A stretch of DNA of 64,000 bases from a virus, in IMG/VR virus record IMGVR_UViG_3300025018_000100, one strand, 5' to 3'. Both the position numbers and the translations under genes were made by a program. Below, in pieces: positions 1 through 9,343 of the stretch (position 1 is its first letter; each line of letters opens with the position of its first letter). Under the pieces are notes generated by a model. That model did no database searches. It had not been told where the DNA came from and saw only the letters and a program-made list of their open reading frames with translations.

Positions 1-204
1 GTAGTAGCTCTTAAAAACGTGTTAGCAAAAGAAAATATTACTATTGATCATGAAGTACTTGTAAGAAGTAGTGGTAGAGGTAATGATAATAATTGGTGGA
101 ACGGAGTTGGGGTATATGTGCTTAGTAAACCCGTAGTGCCAGAAGAACCAAAAGTAGCTGTTAAAACTCCTGTAGCTAAAACTCCCCCTACTAAGAAGGT
201 GTAA
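1..204 (+). CDS. 5'-truncated ORF, possibly the C-terminus of a class I SAM methyltransferase, with a Pro/Lys-rich tail
   Basis: Frame is open from base 1; WWNG-VGVYVL ending resembles small phage methyltransferase-like proteins; heads a glycosyltransferase cluster. Confidence 0.35.
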   Translation, partial: VVALKNVLAKENITIDHEVLVRSSGRGNDNNWWNGVGVYVLSKPVVPEEPKVAVKTPVAKTPPTKKV

Positions 205-207
205 AAG

Positions 208-1032
208 ATGAAAATAAGCGTAATTAGTTTAATAAGTTATGATGCGGACATGATTATGAGTAGCATTAAAAGTTATTATAACTACGTAGATCAAATTGTA
301 TTAGGATTAGACGTAAATAGAATAACCTGGAGCGGTAATCCTTTCAGCTTTGATGAAGAAAAATTATGGAAACAATTAGATGATATTGACACAGATAATA
401 AAATTTTGATTGTAGAAGATAATTTTCATAAAAGTAGTATTCCTATGGAAAATGATACTTATGAGAGAAATTTCTTAAAAAATTATTGTACAGGAGATTG
501 GATATTAAGTTTTGATGCGGATGAAGTATTATTAAACGCCCATGATTTTTTCTATCGTTTTGTACCTTTATTTGAGCCCTATAAAACTAAAAAAGATTTA
601 TTATTTACTTGGTTTTTACCTTATAAATATTTACCAGTTACTGATTCGTATTTAGTTATAACCAATAATGACAATACTATTTTTAGAGGTGACACTCAAG
701 GTTTTGCTACAGATAAAAATAATACATATACTTATGCTAGATGGACTAATAATAAAAATATAGTACAAAGCCCTTTATGTATATTACATTGGAGTTTCTG
801 TAGACCTGCTAAAGCTATAGATATGAAAATTAATAATTTTGGGCACAGTGATCGAACAAAAGATGATCCTTTCTTTGATAATTGGAAGAAAGTAGACCAT
901 ACAAATTATAAACAATTAAGAAATTTCAAAACATCAGGTTTTGGGGATAATCAATGGGAAAAATTATTAGAAGTTCCAGCAAATAATTTTCAGGATTGGA
1001 TGAAATCACAAACAGATAAGGTTTACAGATGA
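208..1032 (+). CDS. GT-A fold (GT2-like) glycosyltransferase
   Basis: MKISVISL start; ERN-x-L-x-x-C-x-GDWILSFDADE (DxD motif); late ILH. Confidence 0.8.
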   Translation: MKISVISLISYDADMIMSSIKSYYNYVDQIVLGLDVNRITWSGNPFSFDEEKLWKQLDDIDTDNKILIVEDNFHKSSIPMENDTYERNFLKNYCTGDWILSFDADEVLLNAHDFFYRFVPLFEPYKTKKDLLFTWFLPYKYLPVTDSYLVITNNDNTIFRGDTQGFATDKNNTYTYARWTNNKNIVQSPLCILHWSFCRPAKAIDMKINNFGHSDRTKDDPFFDNWKKVDHTNYKQLRNFKTSGFGDNQWEKLLEVPANNFQDWMKSQTDKVYR

Positions 1033-2180
1033 AAGTAATAGAAATTATAAGCAAATTTTATGATAATCATAGTCTATCTATAGTTAGTAGAAATTTAGCT
1101 ACATATTTAGATAGTATGGGAATTTACAATGTCTGTATTACCCCACTTGATTCATTTAATAGTAAGTATAAATTAAATACTAGCGTTGTTAAGCAATTAA
1201 AGAATTTGGAATCTAAAAATTTTGAAGCTAAGGATGTAGATATTCAAATTAGGCATAGCTACCCTCCTATTTGGAGATGGCCTGTATCTAATAAGACTAA
1301 GGTTATCTTTATTCAACCTTGGGAATATAGTAAAGTACCTTTTGAGTGGCAATATAAGTTTGAAACTTTTGCAGATGCTCTTATTACTCCTAGTAGATGG
1401 TCTGGGGATAGATTCTTAGATAGCGGCTTAAATCCTGAAAAGTTATTTATTTTACCTAATGGATTTGATAATAAAGTTTTTCATAATAACGATAGACAGA
1501 AGCTAAATAAATTTACTTTTACCTATGTAGGAAATCATCAGTTCAGAAAAGGTCTAGATATAATGCTACAGGCGTGGGTAAAAGCCTTTAGTAGTGGTGA
1601 TAACTGTCAACTTATTATTAAAGATAATCCTAATGTATATGGACAAAATAATATCTTAAACGATATATTAAAAATTCAGTATAGAACAAAATGTGCCAAA
1701 ATAAGATATATTGATGATGATCTAAGTGATGATCAGATTGGAAATTTATATAGGTCTACTGATGTAATAGTACACCCTTATAGAGGTGAAGGTTTTGGTA
1801 TGCATATTCAAGAAGCAATGGCTTGTGGAGCTTATCCTTTAGTATCTTCTAATGGTCCTACAGATGATTTTGTTACTGATCAGTGTGGTGACAAAATCAC
1901 TGTTATTAGAAAGTTCTTAGATTTAACACAACCAGACGTGTTTGCTACTAAACCAGGAGATAGTCTCACTTTGATGGGTCAACATGCATGGATAGATGAA
2001 CCAGATATAAAAGATTTGACAAATAAATTATATAAACTTTATAATATGCATAATAGAGAAGAGTATTTATCTAAAGTAAATGATGCAATTTTATTTCCTT
2101 GGGAAAAAGTAGTTGAAGATTTATCTGGGATTATCGAAACAATAGCTGAGAGACCTGTTTTTAGAATTTTAAATGAATAA
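1029..2180 (+). CDS. GT-B fold (GT4) glycosyltransferase
   Basis: ITPS, LPNG, YVG..RKGLD, HPYRGEGFGMHIQEAMACG (E-x7-E motif). Confidence 0.9.
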   Translation: MKVIEIISKFYDNHSLSIVSRNLATYLDSMGIYNVCITPLDSFNSKYKLNTSVVKQLKNLESKNFEAKDVDIQIRHSYPPIWRWPVSNKTKVIFIQPWEYSKVPFEWQYKFETFADALITPSRWSGDRFLDSGLNPEKLFILPNGFDNKVFHNNDRQKLNKFTFTYVGNHQFRKGLDIMLQAWVKAFSSGDNCQLIIKDNPNVYGQNNILNDILKIQYRTKCAKIRYIDDDLSDDQIGNLYRSTDVIVHPYRGEGFGMHIQEAMACGAYPLVSSNGPTDDFVTDQCGDKITVIRKFLDLTQPDVFATKPGDSLTLMGQHAWIDEPDIKDLTNKLYKLYNMHNREEYLSKVNDAILFPWEKVVEDLSGIIETIAERPVFRILNE

Positions 2181-2796
2181 CTATCGAGAAATAGTAGAAT
2201 TTAGTCATCTACCTTGGTTAAAATTAGATATAGAGGTACCTCACGAAGCAATGCTAGAAGAAGCTATAAATATTCAACAATATTATGTAGCACATAGAAG
2301 TGAAGAATCTGTTATAGGACTAAGTCATAAAGGGTGGAGCAGTACTTGTATACATGGGATAGAATGGAATAAAACTAATCATTATACTTCTTATGGGTAT
2401 GAAAGTAATGACTCTACACCCTATAAATGGACTATAATTAGTGATTTATGTCCTACTATTACTAAATTTTTTAAATACTCCTTTCCAATGACTGAGTATT
2501 ATAGATTAAGAATAATGAAATTGGAAGCTAGGGGCTTTATAATGCCGCACAAAGATATGGAAGAAAATAGATTATCCCCAATAAATATTTCACTAAATCA
2601 ACCTAAAGAATGTATATTTAAAATGAGAGATAAAGGTGTAGTACCTTTTAGTCCTGGAGACGCTTACTTATTAGATGTAGGTAACGAACATGCGGTTATT
2701 AATAATAGTAATGAAGATAGATACCATATAATAGTTCATGGAATACCTAATAAAGATTATAAAGAGTTGGTAATAAAAAGTTATGCAAAAAAATAA
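2173..2796 (+). CDS. Aspartyl/asparaginyl beta-hydroxylase-like 2OG-Fe(II) oxygenase
   Basis: RLRIMKL..GFIMPHKD (HxD) ... HAVIN.S.EDRYHIIV. Confidence 0.8.
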   Translation: MNNYREIVEFSHLPWLKLDIEVPHEAMLEEAINIQQYYVAHRSEESVIGLSHKGWSSTCIHGIEWNKTNHYTSYGYESNDSTPYKWTIISDLCPTITKFFKYSFPMTEYYRLRIMKLEARGFIMPHKDMEENRLSPINISLNQPKECIFKMRDKGVVPFSPGDAYLLDVGNEHAVINNSNEDRYHIIVHGIPNKDYKELVIKSYAKK

Positions 2797-4108
2797 ATTA
2801 GTTGTTGGTATTCACAGAGAAAATGTTAAAAATATACAAGATGTAAAAAATATAGAAAGATTAACTAATTTATTTACTAAAAATAAATATTTTGGTGATA
2901 TTATAAGAAAAGATACAATTAAAGAAGTATTAGATGATGCCGCAGTTAGAGGGTATGATTACTGCTTAGTTCAAGCTATCGGACATTTTATTAAGGAAAT
3001 CCCGTTTTTTGATTACATAAATGACTGGATAAATAATATGGATTTTTTTATTACCGGACATATTGTACATAAAGAAGATAGTTTTGGATTACATAATCAA
3101 TGTATATTAGTAAACTTAAACTACTATAGGGATTTTGGAAATCCTTCTTGTGGTAAGAAGGGGGAGAAGGTTGAAATAGTAGTTCCTCGTAGAAGTGAGA
3201 AGAATATTCACCATGATTATACGCCTATTTGGCTAAAACCTACTAACGAAACAAAGGTGTGTACTCCCGTCGTAGATGGGTGGAATTTTATAGACCAAAG
3301 TTTAAGAGAAAATCTTACAGTTTATAATTTTCATCCAAAAATGAGAGAATGTAAAGAATATTGTTATCCTCATAAATCTCTAAAGGAATTAGAAGAACAA
3401 TTAAGTTGGATAGGTAGAATTATAGAATTTGCCCCTCAAAGCGTATTTTTCTGGAATACAGAAAATTATATAGATATTAAAGATCAAATTCAAGAACCTA
3501 TTGATAAAATTTACTGTGTGGCAGCAGGATTTAAACCAAATATGTTTTTACATAAATTTGGATTTAAAGACTCCACAGAAGTTATTTACTATGATTATAG
3601 TAAGAGTGCCTTAGCGTTTAAAAAGCTTTTAATTAGTAAATGGGATGGTAAAAATTACCCAGCATTTATTAAAGCAGTTAAAGAACAGTTTTTTATTCGC
3701 GAAAGCACACATAATCCATTCGGAAATGATGATTATGATAGCTTATGGACCCAAGAACTTGAACGATGGGGAGGTGAACAAAATTTACACCAACATTGGC
3801 TACGTTACAGAAAGTTAAAGCATACTTTCATTCATTGTGACATAGTTAAAGATTCATCTAAATTAATTAATTTAGTTGATGATGAAGGCACTCAAGTAAT
3901 TTGGTGGAGTAACTGTTTCCACACAGTAAACTCGCATTATTTAAATAATAATGAAGGATTATATAATATATATAAAGAATGGGTAAACGGTTTAGCTAAT
4001 AAAAATCCTAATTTATTTATATTTGGTAAAGATTATTTAAATAATAGTTTAAAAGGCGGTAAAATAAAACAATATGATATACCTAGCGAGTACAGCCCTA
4101 AAAGGTGA
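2783..4108 (+). CDS. Two-domain hypothetical enzyme (N-terminal GT-A-like, C-terminal Rossmann/methyltransferase-like)
   Basis: 441-aa ORF between the two hydroxylase genes; CLVQAIGH/GHI/LHNQCILVNL then VAAG..YYDYS..HCDI; domain calls tentative. Confidence 0.4.
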   Translation: MQKNKLVVGIHRENVKNIQDVKNIERLTNLFTKNKYFGDIIRKDTIKEVLDDAAVRGYDYCLVQAIGHFIKEIPFFDYINDWINNMDFFITGHIVHKEDSFGLHNQCILVNLNYYRDFGNPSCGKKGEKVEIVVPRRSEKNIHHDYTPIWLKPTNETKVCTPVVDGWNFIDQSLRENLTVYNFHPKMRECKEYCYPHKSLKELEEQLSWIGRIIEFAPQSVFFWNTENYIDIKDQIQEPIDKIYCVAAGFKPNMFLHKFGFKDSTEVIYYDYSKSALAFKKLLISKWDGKNYPAFIKAVKEQFFIRESTHNPFGNDDYDSLWTQELERWGGEQNLHQHWLRYRKLKHTFIHCDIVKDSSKLINLVDDEGTQVIWWSNCFHTVNSHYLNNNEGLYNIYKEWVNGLANKNPNLFIFGKDYLNNSLKGGKIKQYDIPSEYSPKR

Positions 4109-4664
4109 TTGGGAAGATAGTTTAAATCATTTACCTTTCACAGAACATACAGATAAAGATTTATTAAATAATCAAGCCGTAGCTTTAAAAAGTGAAGATG
4201 GAAAGTACACAAGTTTTTATAGAAGTAAGAACTTGGAAAAACCTAAAGATTATAGTTTTACTAGTATTTATTATGAATATTCAGGTATTAAAAGACTAGT
4301 AGATTTTTTTGAGTTAGAATCTACTAGAATAAGAATACATAAACAAAATCCTGGCGTAAAAGTAGCTTTACATAGTGATTTTAATAATGAAGACCATATT
4401 GATACTATAGATAACTATAGAGTTAGAATTATGGTTCCTTTAAATTACGATAAACATTTTATATATCATTTTCATGATGGTAAAAAACATAGTGTTTATA
4501 ACTTTAAGAAAGGACAGATAGTTACTTTTGACCCTGATTTGGTATATCATGGGACAGAAAATAATTCACAAATACCAAGATACTTGCTAGTTATGGTAGT
4601 AAAACCTAATAAATGGTTATATAGTTTACATAATAGTAAGGTTAAAAGAGAGATATATGTATGA
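4074..4664 (+). CDS. Second AspH-like 2OG-Fe(II) oxygenase
   Basis: RIRIHKQNPGVKVALHSD (HxD) ... HGTENNSQIPRYLLV. Confidence 0.75.
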   Translation: MIYLASTALKGDWEDSLNHLPFTEHTDKDLLNNQAVALKSEDGKYTSFYRSKNLEKPKDYSFTSIYYEYSGIKRLVDFFELESTRIRIHKQNPGVKVALHSDFNNEDHIDTIDNYRVRIMVPLNYDKHFIYHFHDGKKHSVYNFKKGQIVTFDPDLVYHGTENNSQIPRYLLVMVVKPNKWLYSLHNSKVKREIYV

Positions 4665-4957
4665 TAGTAGAAGATTTTGAACTTGATATAGGAGCAGCAT
4701 ACATTAAACCTATAAGTGGTAATAAAGTTACTGTAAAAATGAATCAATTCAGAGGTCAAGTATACGTGCATATAAGAGAATATGGAATGGATGGTGACAC
4801 TGGTAAATTTTTTCCTACAAAAAACGGCTATGCAATTTTAGGGGAAGAAGTAGATAGTGTTATTGAAAAATTAGAAATAGCTAGTAATTTATTAGCAGAA
4901 TTTTATAGAAGAAATACAAATCAATATGAATTTGATTTTATGAAGGAGAATGAATAA
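4661..4957 (+). CDS. PC4/p15-family ssDNA-binding protein
   Basis: FRGQVYVHIREY...FFPTKNG motif. Confidence 0.85.
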   Translation: MIVEDFELDIGAAYIKPISGNKVTVKMNQFRGQVYVHIREYGMDGDTGKFFPTKNGYAILGEEVDSVIEKLEIASNLLAEFYRRNTNQYEFDFMKENE

Positions 4958-5264
4958 TATGTCAACGAAAGCCTGGAGCGAAGAAGATGAACAAGCTCTT
5001 ATAGATTTATACACTAGTGAAAAAATGGATGTTTATGGATTAGCAAAACATTTTAATAAAGGACACCGAAGTGTTATTAGTAAGTTAGTTCAATTAAAAA
5101 TTTATAAAAGAGAAGAGACTGATAAGAAAAAAACTGAAACCGTAAAAGCTATGATAAGAGAAATAGAAGATCAACTAGGTATTGAAATAGAAGGTACAAA
5201 CCTTAATAAAAAGTCTAATCTTGTTAATTTAGTTACAGCCCTCAGAGGTAAGGTAGAAAAATAA
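4950..5264 (+). CDS. D3: T5 D3-like DNA-binding protein
   Basis: AWSEEDE..L..LY and RSVISKLVQLKIY resemble T5 D3; start may be ATG 4959. Confidence 0.65.
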   Translation: MNNMSTKAWSEEDEQALIDLYTSEKMDVYGLAKHFNKGHRSVISKLVQLKIYKREETDKKKTETVKAMIREIEDQLGIEIEGTNLNKKSNLVNLVTALRGKVEK

Positions 5265-5821
5265 TGTTTATATTGGGAATTCACGGTAAAATAGGTAGCG
5301 GTAAAGATACTTTAGCAGATTATATAATTAGCAAAGAATCTAGTTTTGTAAAAAAATCATATGCGTATAAATTAAAATATATAACTAGTTTTCTAACCGG
5401 AGTATCTTTGGAGGACTGTTTTACTCAAGAAGGTAAAAATAAATATATGCCAGAATGGGGTATGACGGTAGGTGAATTTCAACAAAAACTAGGTACAGAA
5501 GCGATTAGAGATGGACTTCATGAAGATGGGTGGACGTTAGCACTATTTGCGGAATATGATGCAGATAATTACGAAACTAATTGGATTATTACAGATGTAA
5601 GATTTCCTAACGAAGCAGAAGCGATACTTGCTAGAGGAGGAAAATTATTAAAACTAGAGGGTGATCCTAATCATATTAGGGCTAATAGTAAAAGGGATAT
5701 GAGTCACCCAAGTGAAACTTCTTTAGATAATTGGACAAAATGGGATTTTACTTATACAAATGACAAATCTCTTGAAGAATTATATAAGTTTGGCGACCAT
5801 CTTCTGAAAGAATTAATTTGA
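5264..5821 (+). CDS. Deoxynucleoside monophosphate kinase
   Basis: GKIGSGKDT P-loop, QKLGTE..R, ITDVRFPNE, HPSE. Confidence 0.9.
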   Translation: MFILGIHGKIGSGKDTLADYIISKESSFVKKSYAYKLKYITSFLTGVSLEDCFTQEGKNKYMPEWGMTVGEFQQKLGTEAIRDGLHEDGWTLALFAEYDADNYETNWIITDVRFPNEAEAILARGGKLLKLEGDPNHIRANSKRDMSHPSETSLDNWTKWDFTYTNDKSLEELYKFGDHLLKELI

Positions 5822-5846
5822 TATTAAGTTAAATTTCTTATATAAT
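5818..5846 (+). promoter_or_regulatory. Sigma70-type promoter
   Basis: TTGATA-17 nt-TATAAT; ATG 5852 lies 5 nt downstream. Confidence 0.75.
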
Positions 5847-5851
5847 AAATT

Positions 5852-6076
5852 ATGTTAGAAGCAGTTATAATATATACATTAATCATTACAGACGTACAAC
5901 CAGCTAGTGTTACACAAGGGTACTTTTATAATACGAAGTACCCTTGGACACTGGAATACTGTGAAAATTATGTATTGCCAGAATTTACGGTCAATATTAA
6001 TTCGGTTGATAATATAGAACTTCGCCATGCAAAATGTGAGATGGTAGAAGTTAATAGACAAGGAGAAAAGAAATGA
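5852..6076 (+). CDS. Hypothetical protein
   Basis: 74-aa ORF behind a promoter; stop overlaps next ATG (ATGA). Confidence 0.65.
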   Translation: MLEAVIIYTLIITDVQPASVTQGYFYNTKYPWTLEYCENYVLPEFTVNINSVDNIELRHAKCEMVEVNRQGEKK

Positions 6077-6447
6077 CTTAGGAAGATCCTACATTAAGAT
6101 TATATGCAATAGTTAGAAGAGATTTAGAAATGCCACCAGGAAAGCTGGCTACACAAGCAGGACATGCGTATACTAATACGCTATTACAAGCAGATTATGA
6201 AACAGTTATTGAGTACCAAGGTGAAGATAATATAGGTACTAAAGCACTATTATTTGTAAACAGCCAAAAAGAATTAGAAGAATTATATTGTGAAGCACAA
6301 TATTTGGGATTAAATTGTAACTTAGTGATAGATAAAGGACACGTTTTACCGCCGCATTTTGATGGTTCAGAGGTTATTACAGCACTAGGAGTCGGTCCTA
6401 TAAACAGGAAAGACGCTCACTTTATAAAAGACTTAAAAACAAAATAA
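6073..6447 (+). CDS. pth2: Peptidyl-tRNA hydrolase 2 (Pth2) with in-frame TAG at codon 3
   Basis: AGGAG SD 6061-65, ATG 6073, ACT, TAG 6079-81, then in frame LRLYAIVRRDLEMPPGKLATQAGHA...DKGH...TALGVGP; the conserved N-terminal strand lies upstream of ATG 6130. Confidence 0.8.
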
Positions 6448-6451
6448 CAAT

Positions 6452-6490
6452 AAAGGCAACTAAGATAATTTTTAGTTGCCTTTTACTTTT
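6452..6490 (+). terminator. Intrinsic terminator overlapping the -35 of the next promoter
   Basis: AAAGGCAACTAA...TTAGTTGCCTTT hairpin followed by T-tract. Confidence 0.75.
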
Positions 6491-6504
6491 TTTGAGATTA
6501 TAAT
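6476..6504 (+). promoter_or_regulatory. Sigma70-type promoter
   Basis: TTGCCT-17 nt-TATAAT. Confidence 0.7.
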
Positions 6505-6510
6505 ATGAAG

Positions 6511-6645
6511 ATGATAAAAGATGAACCTTTAGAATTAATTTCAGATAATAACTTGTGCGGTTCAGATTTTAAAACTCAAGATTCGTGGAATGTTTTAGTA
6601 GAGCTTCTATACTACATAACAAATATTAATATGGAATATATATAA
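6511..6645 (+). CDS. Small hypothetical protein (44 aa, not in ORF track)
   Basis: MIKDEPLELISDNNLCG...MEYI*, stop abuts the ligase ATG. Confidence 0.45.
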   Translation: MIKDEPLELISDNNLCGSDFKTQDSWNVLVELLYYITNINMEYI

Positions 6646-8406
6646 ATGAAATATGATGAATTAGTAGAAACAATAATTAAACATGATATTGCTTATTATG
6701 ATCATAATAAACCTACTATCAGTGATACCGAATATGATAAACTATATGATGCATTATTAATAACAGAAAAATCTCAGGGCTGGGCAGCACATAATTCTCC
6801 CTCACGTAGGGTCGGTGGTTTTAACGGCAAAATTAAACATAAGCATCGTTTATACTCTTTAAAAAAGGTATACGAGAAAAGCGAAGTAGATCCTATATTT
6901 GACGTTAAAACCCCAAAAATTGATGGGGCTAACTTAACTCTTACCTTTATCAAAGGTAAGATATTTAATATGCTTACAAGAGGTAGGGATGGTGCTTATG
7001 GCGAAGATGTACTTCATTTATTTCCTTATTTAAAAGGTACGCCAAAGTCTATACCTGAAAACTACACAGAAATTGTTGTTACAGGAGAATGCGTTACTGA
7101 AAATGGTGACGTAGAAAATTTTCGTAACTATGTTTCAGGAGCATTAGGATTAAAAGATGTAGAGGAGTTTAAATTCCGCAATATTAGATTTATTGCTCAC
7201 GATTGGTTAGGTATTGATATGCCTTATACCAAAAGAATGGAAGTTTTAGCTAATATGGGATTTGAAACTGTATTTACTATAGACCCAGATAAATATCCTA
7301 CAGATGGTGTTGTATATAGAGTAAATAGTTTTAAAGTATCTAAAGAATTAGGATATACAGCTAAATATCCTAGATTTGCAGTAGCATTAAAACCTAGAGG
7401 AAAGCTAACAGCTATTACTACATTACAAAATGTAGAATGGGTAGTTGGTCGTTCTGGTGTAGTTGCTCCTACGGGTATTGTTATGCCTGTTATATTAGAC
7501 GATGCTACTATTACAAGAGTTACATTACATAACATCGGTATTATTGAGCAACACAAACTCTGTCTTGGTGATACTATTGAAATTGAGAGAGCTGGCGGGG
7601 TTATTCCGAAGTTCGTTCGTAAGGTAGTAAATAGCCCACATAATGCTTTTATTACTGCTGATATGGCAGAAGAAGCTATCGGCTGTAGTACTTATAGAGA
7701 AGGTCCTAGACTGTTTGTTGCAGAAGGACATGCTAATATTAACCGTAAAAATCTTGAACATTATATTAAAACTATGGGAATCAAAGGTTTAGGACCTAGA
7801 AGTTTAGATAAACTAGATTTTACTCATATTGTTGATATTTACCGGAATGACGTTAAATGGACTGCGATATTAGGAGCTAATGGACTTAAAATAAAAGAAG
7901 AAATTGAACAGAGTAAAACAAAACCTTATACAGTAGTATTAGCCTCTTTAGGTATTCCGGGGGTTGGAACATCTACTGCCTTAGAGATTTGTAAATATAT
8001 TAAAGAATTTGGTAAATTAAGAGATATTGAATATACTCAAATCAAAGGCATTGCTAATAAAACTAAAGAAAAAATTCTTAGTTGGTTAGATGTAAACGAA
8101 GAATGGGTATATAGTCTACCTGTAAATTTAGTAGCAGAAGATAAAGATATTGCTTTTGAGGAAAGTGATTCTGTTGCCGAACGAAAAGTTTGTGTTACAG
8201 GAAAAATGGATATGACGAAAGGTGATTTAAAAGAACATTTAGGTCAATTTGGGTATAAACTAGTTGATGCCGTCACTAAAGATTGTTACGTATTAATTGT
8301 AGCAGGCGATTATGCCTCTACAAAAGCAGAAAAAGCAGAAAAATATGGGATAAGAATTATAGACTACTGGAAGCAAAAGTCAGACATTTTAAAAGGCCAG
8401 CTTTGA
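6646..8406 (+). CDS. ligA: NAD-dependent DNA ligase (single chain)
   Basis: YY...ISDTEYD, KIDG adenylation motif, TRG, DGVV, GRSG..P, TLHN, HhH repeats, BRCT (VCVTG). Confidence 0.95.
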   Translation: MKYDELVETIIKHDIAYYDHNKPTISDTEYDKLYDALLITEKSQGWAAHNSPSRRVGGFNGKIKHKHRLYSLKKVYEKSEVDPIFDVKTPKIDGANLTLTFIKGKIFNMLTRGRDGAYGEDVLHLFPYLKGTPKSIPENYTEIVVTGECVTENGDVENFRNYVSGALGLKDVEEFKFRNIRFIAHDWLGIDMPYTKRMEVLANMGFETVFTIDPDKYPTDGVVYRVNSFKVSKELGYTAKYPRFAVALKPRGKLTAITTLQNVEWVVGRSGVVAPTGIVMPVILDDATITRVTLHNIGIIEQHKLCLGDTIEIERAGGVIPKFVRKVVNSPHNAFITADMAEEAIGCSTYREGPRLFVAEGHANINRKNLEHYIKTMGIKGLGPRSLDKLDFTHIVDIYRNDVKWTAILGANGLKIKEEIEQSKTKPYTVVLASLGIPGVGTSTALEICKYIKEFGKLRDIEYTQIKGIANKTKEKILSWLDVNEEWVYSLPVNLVAEDKDIAFEESDSVAERKVCVTGKMDMTKGDLKEHLGQFGYKLVDAVTKDCYVLIVAGDYASTKAEKAEKYGIRIIDYWKQKSDILKGQL

Positions 8407-8427
8407 GCAAATAAAGTAAAAATCATC

Positions 8428-8456
8428 TTGCCCTCTTGATTTCTTTGTGTTATTAT
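8428..8456 (+). promoter_or_regulatory. Promoter for the D5-like gene
   Basis: TTGCCC-17 nt-TATTAT. Confidence 0.55.
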
Positions 8457-8586
8457 AACTCATAAATGAAAAACAGAGTTTACAAAGATAAATTCTGATT
8501 TATTTTAATAAAACTCAATAGTTTTATTATTAATCATTCACACTAGGATTTAAAAATCCATAAAACAAACCAGGAGAAAATATAAT

Positions 8587-9267
8587 ATGAGTAAATTTCA
8601 GTATACAGAAGAAATGGTAAAGCGCATGACAGATGCTGCGGAAAACGGTGTAACAGAAGAGCTAGTAGAAACATTAGTTTCTGAGTTCGAATTTCCTCGT
8701 CGTAGCGTAACCGCTAAATATCGTAAGTTAGGATTTGAAGTTCCTAAAAAGCAAAACGTACCTGTATTTAGTGCAGAAGAGTCTGAAGCACTAAAGAACT
8801 TATTAGAAGCCAATAACGGTGAGCTAACAGCAGAAGAAATTGCTGCACAGTTTGCTGATGGTAAATTCACTTCTCGCCAGATCAATGGTAAGGCTCTTAG
8901 CCTTGAAATGACTGGTAGCATTAAGGCTGCTGAGAAGAAGGAAACACCTAAGACCTATACTCCAGAACAAGAAAGTGTAATTACTGAACTTGTTGAGGCA
9001 GGTAAGTTCATCGAAGAAATCGCTGAAGCACTTGGTAAGGAAGTCTCTAGTGTACGTGGTAAGCTTCTTAGCATGGGTCTAAAAGCCCCTCAACGTGATA
9101 AGAAGGCCTCTCGTACAGATACTTATGAAGGTATCGAAGATATTGCAGCAGATAAAACTGTTGCAGAGCTTGCTGAACATTATGGCAAAACTGAGCGTGG
9201 TGTTAGAACTGTTCTTACTCGCCGTAGTATCGCAGCTAAAGATCATCCGATCAAAGAAAAGGAATAA
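8587..9267 (+). CDS. D5: T5 D5-like DNA-binding transcription regulator
   Basis: RSVTAKYRKLGFEV, QINGKALSLEMT, GKTERGVRTVLTRR match T5 D5; follows the ligase as in T5; AGGAG SD. Confidence 0.85.
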   Translation: MSKFQYTEEMVKRMTDAAENGVTEELVETLVSEFEFPRRSVTAKYRKLGFEVPKKQNVPVFSAEESEALKNLLEANNGELTAEEIAAQFADGKFTSRQINGKALSLEMTGSIKAAEKKETPKTYTPEQESVITELVEAGKFIEEIAEALGKEVSSVRGKLLSMGLKAPQRDKKASRTDTYEGIEDIAADKTVAELAEHYGKTERGVRTVLTRRSIAAKDHPIKEKE

Positions 9268-9296
9268 AATACTCTGTAAAAGAGTATAGTTAAAAC

Positions 9297-9334
9297 AAGC
9301 GGTAGAAGTGTGAGCTTCTACCGCTTTATTTTTT
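9297..9334 (+). terminator. Intrinsic terminator
   Basis: AAGCGGTAGAAG-TGTGAG-CTTCTACCGCTT then TATTTTTT. Confidence 0.9.
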
Positions 9335-9343
9335 GAGGTAAAT

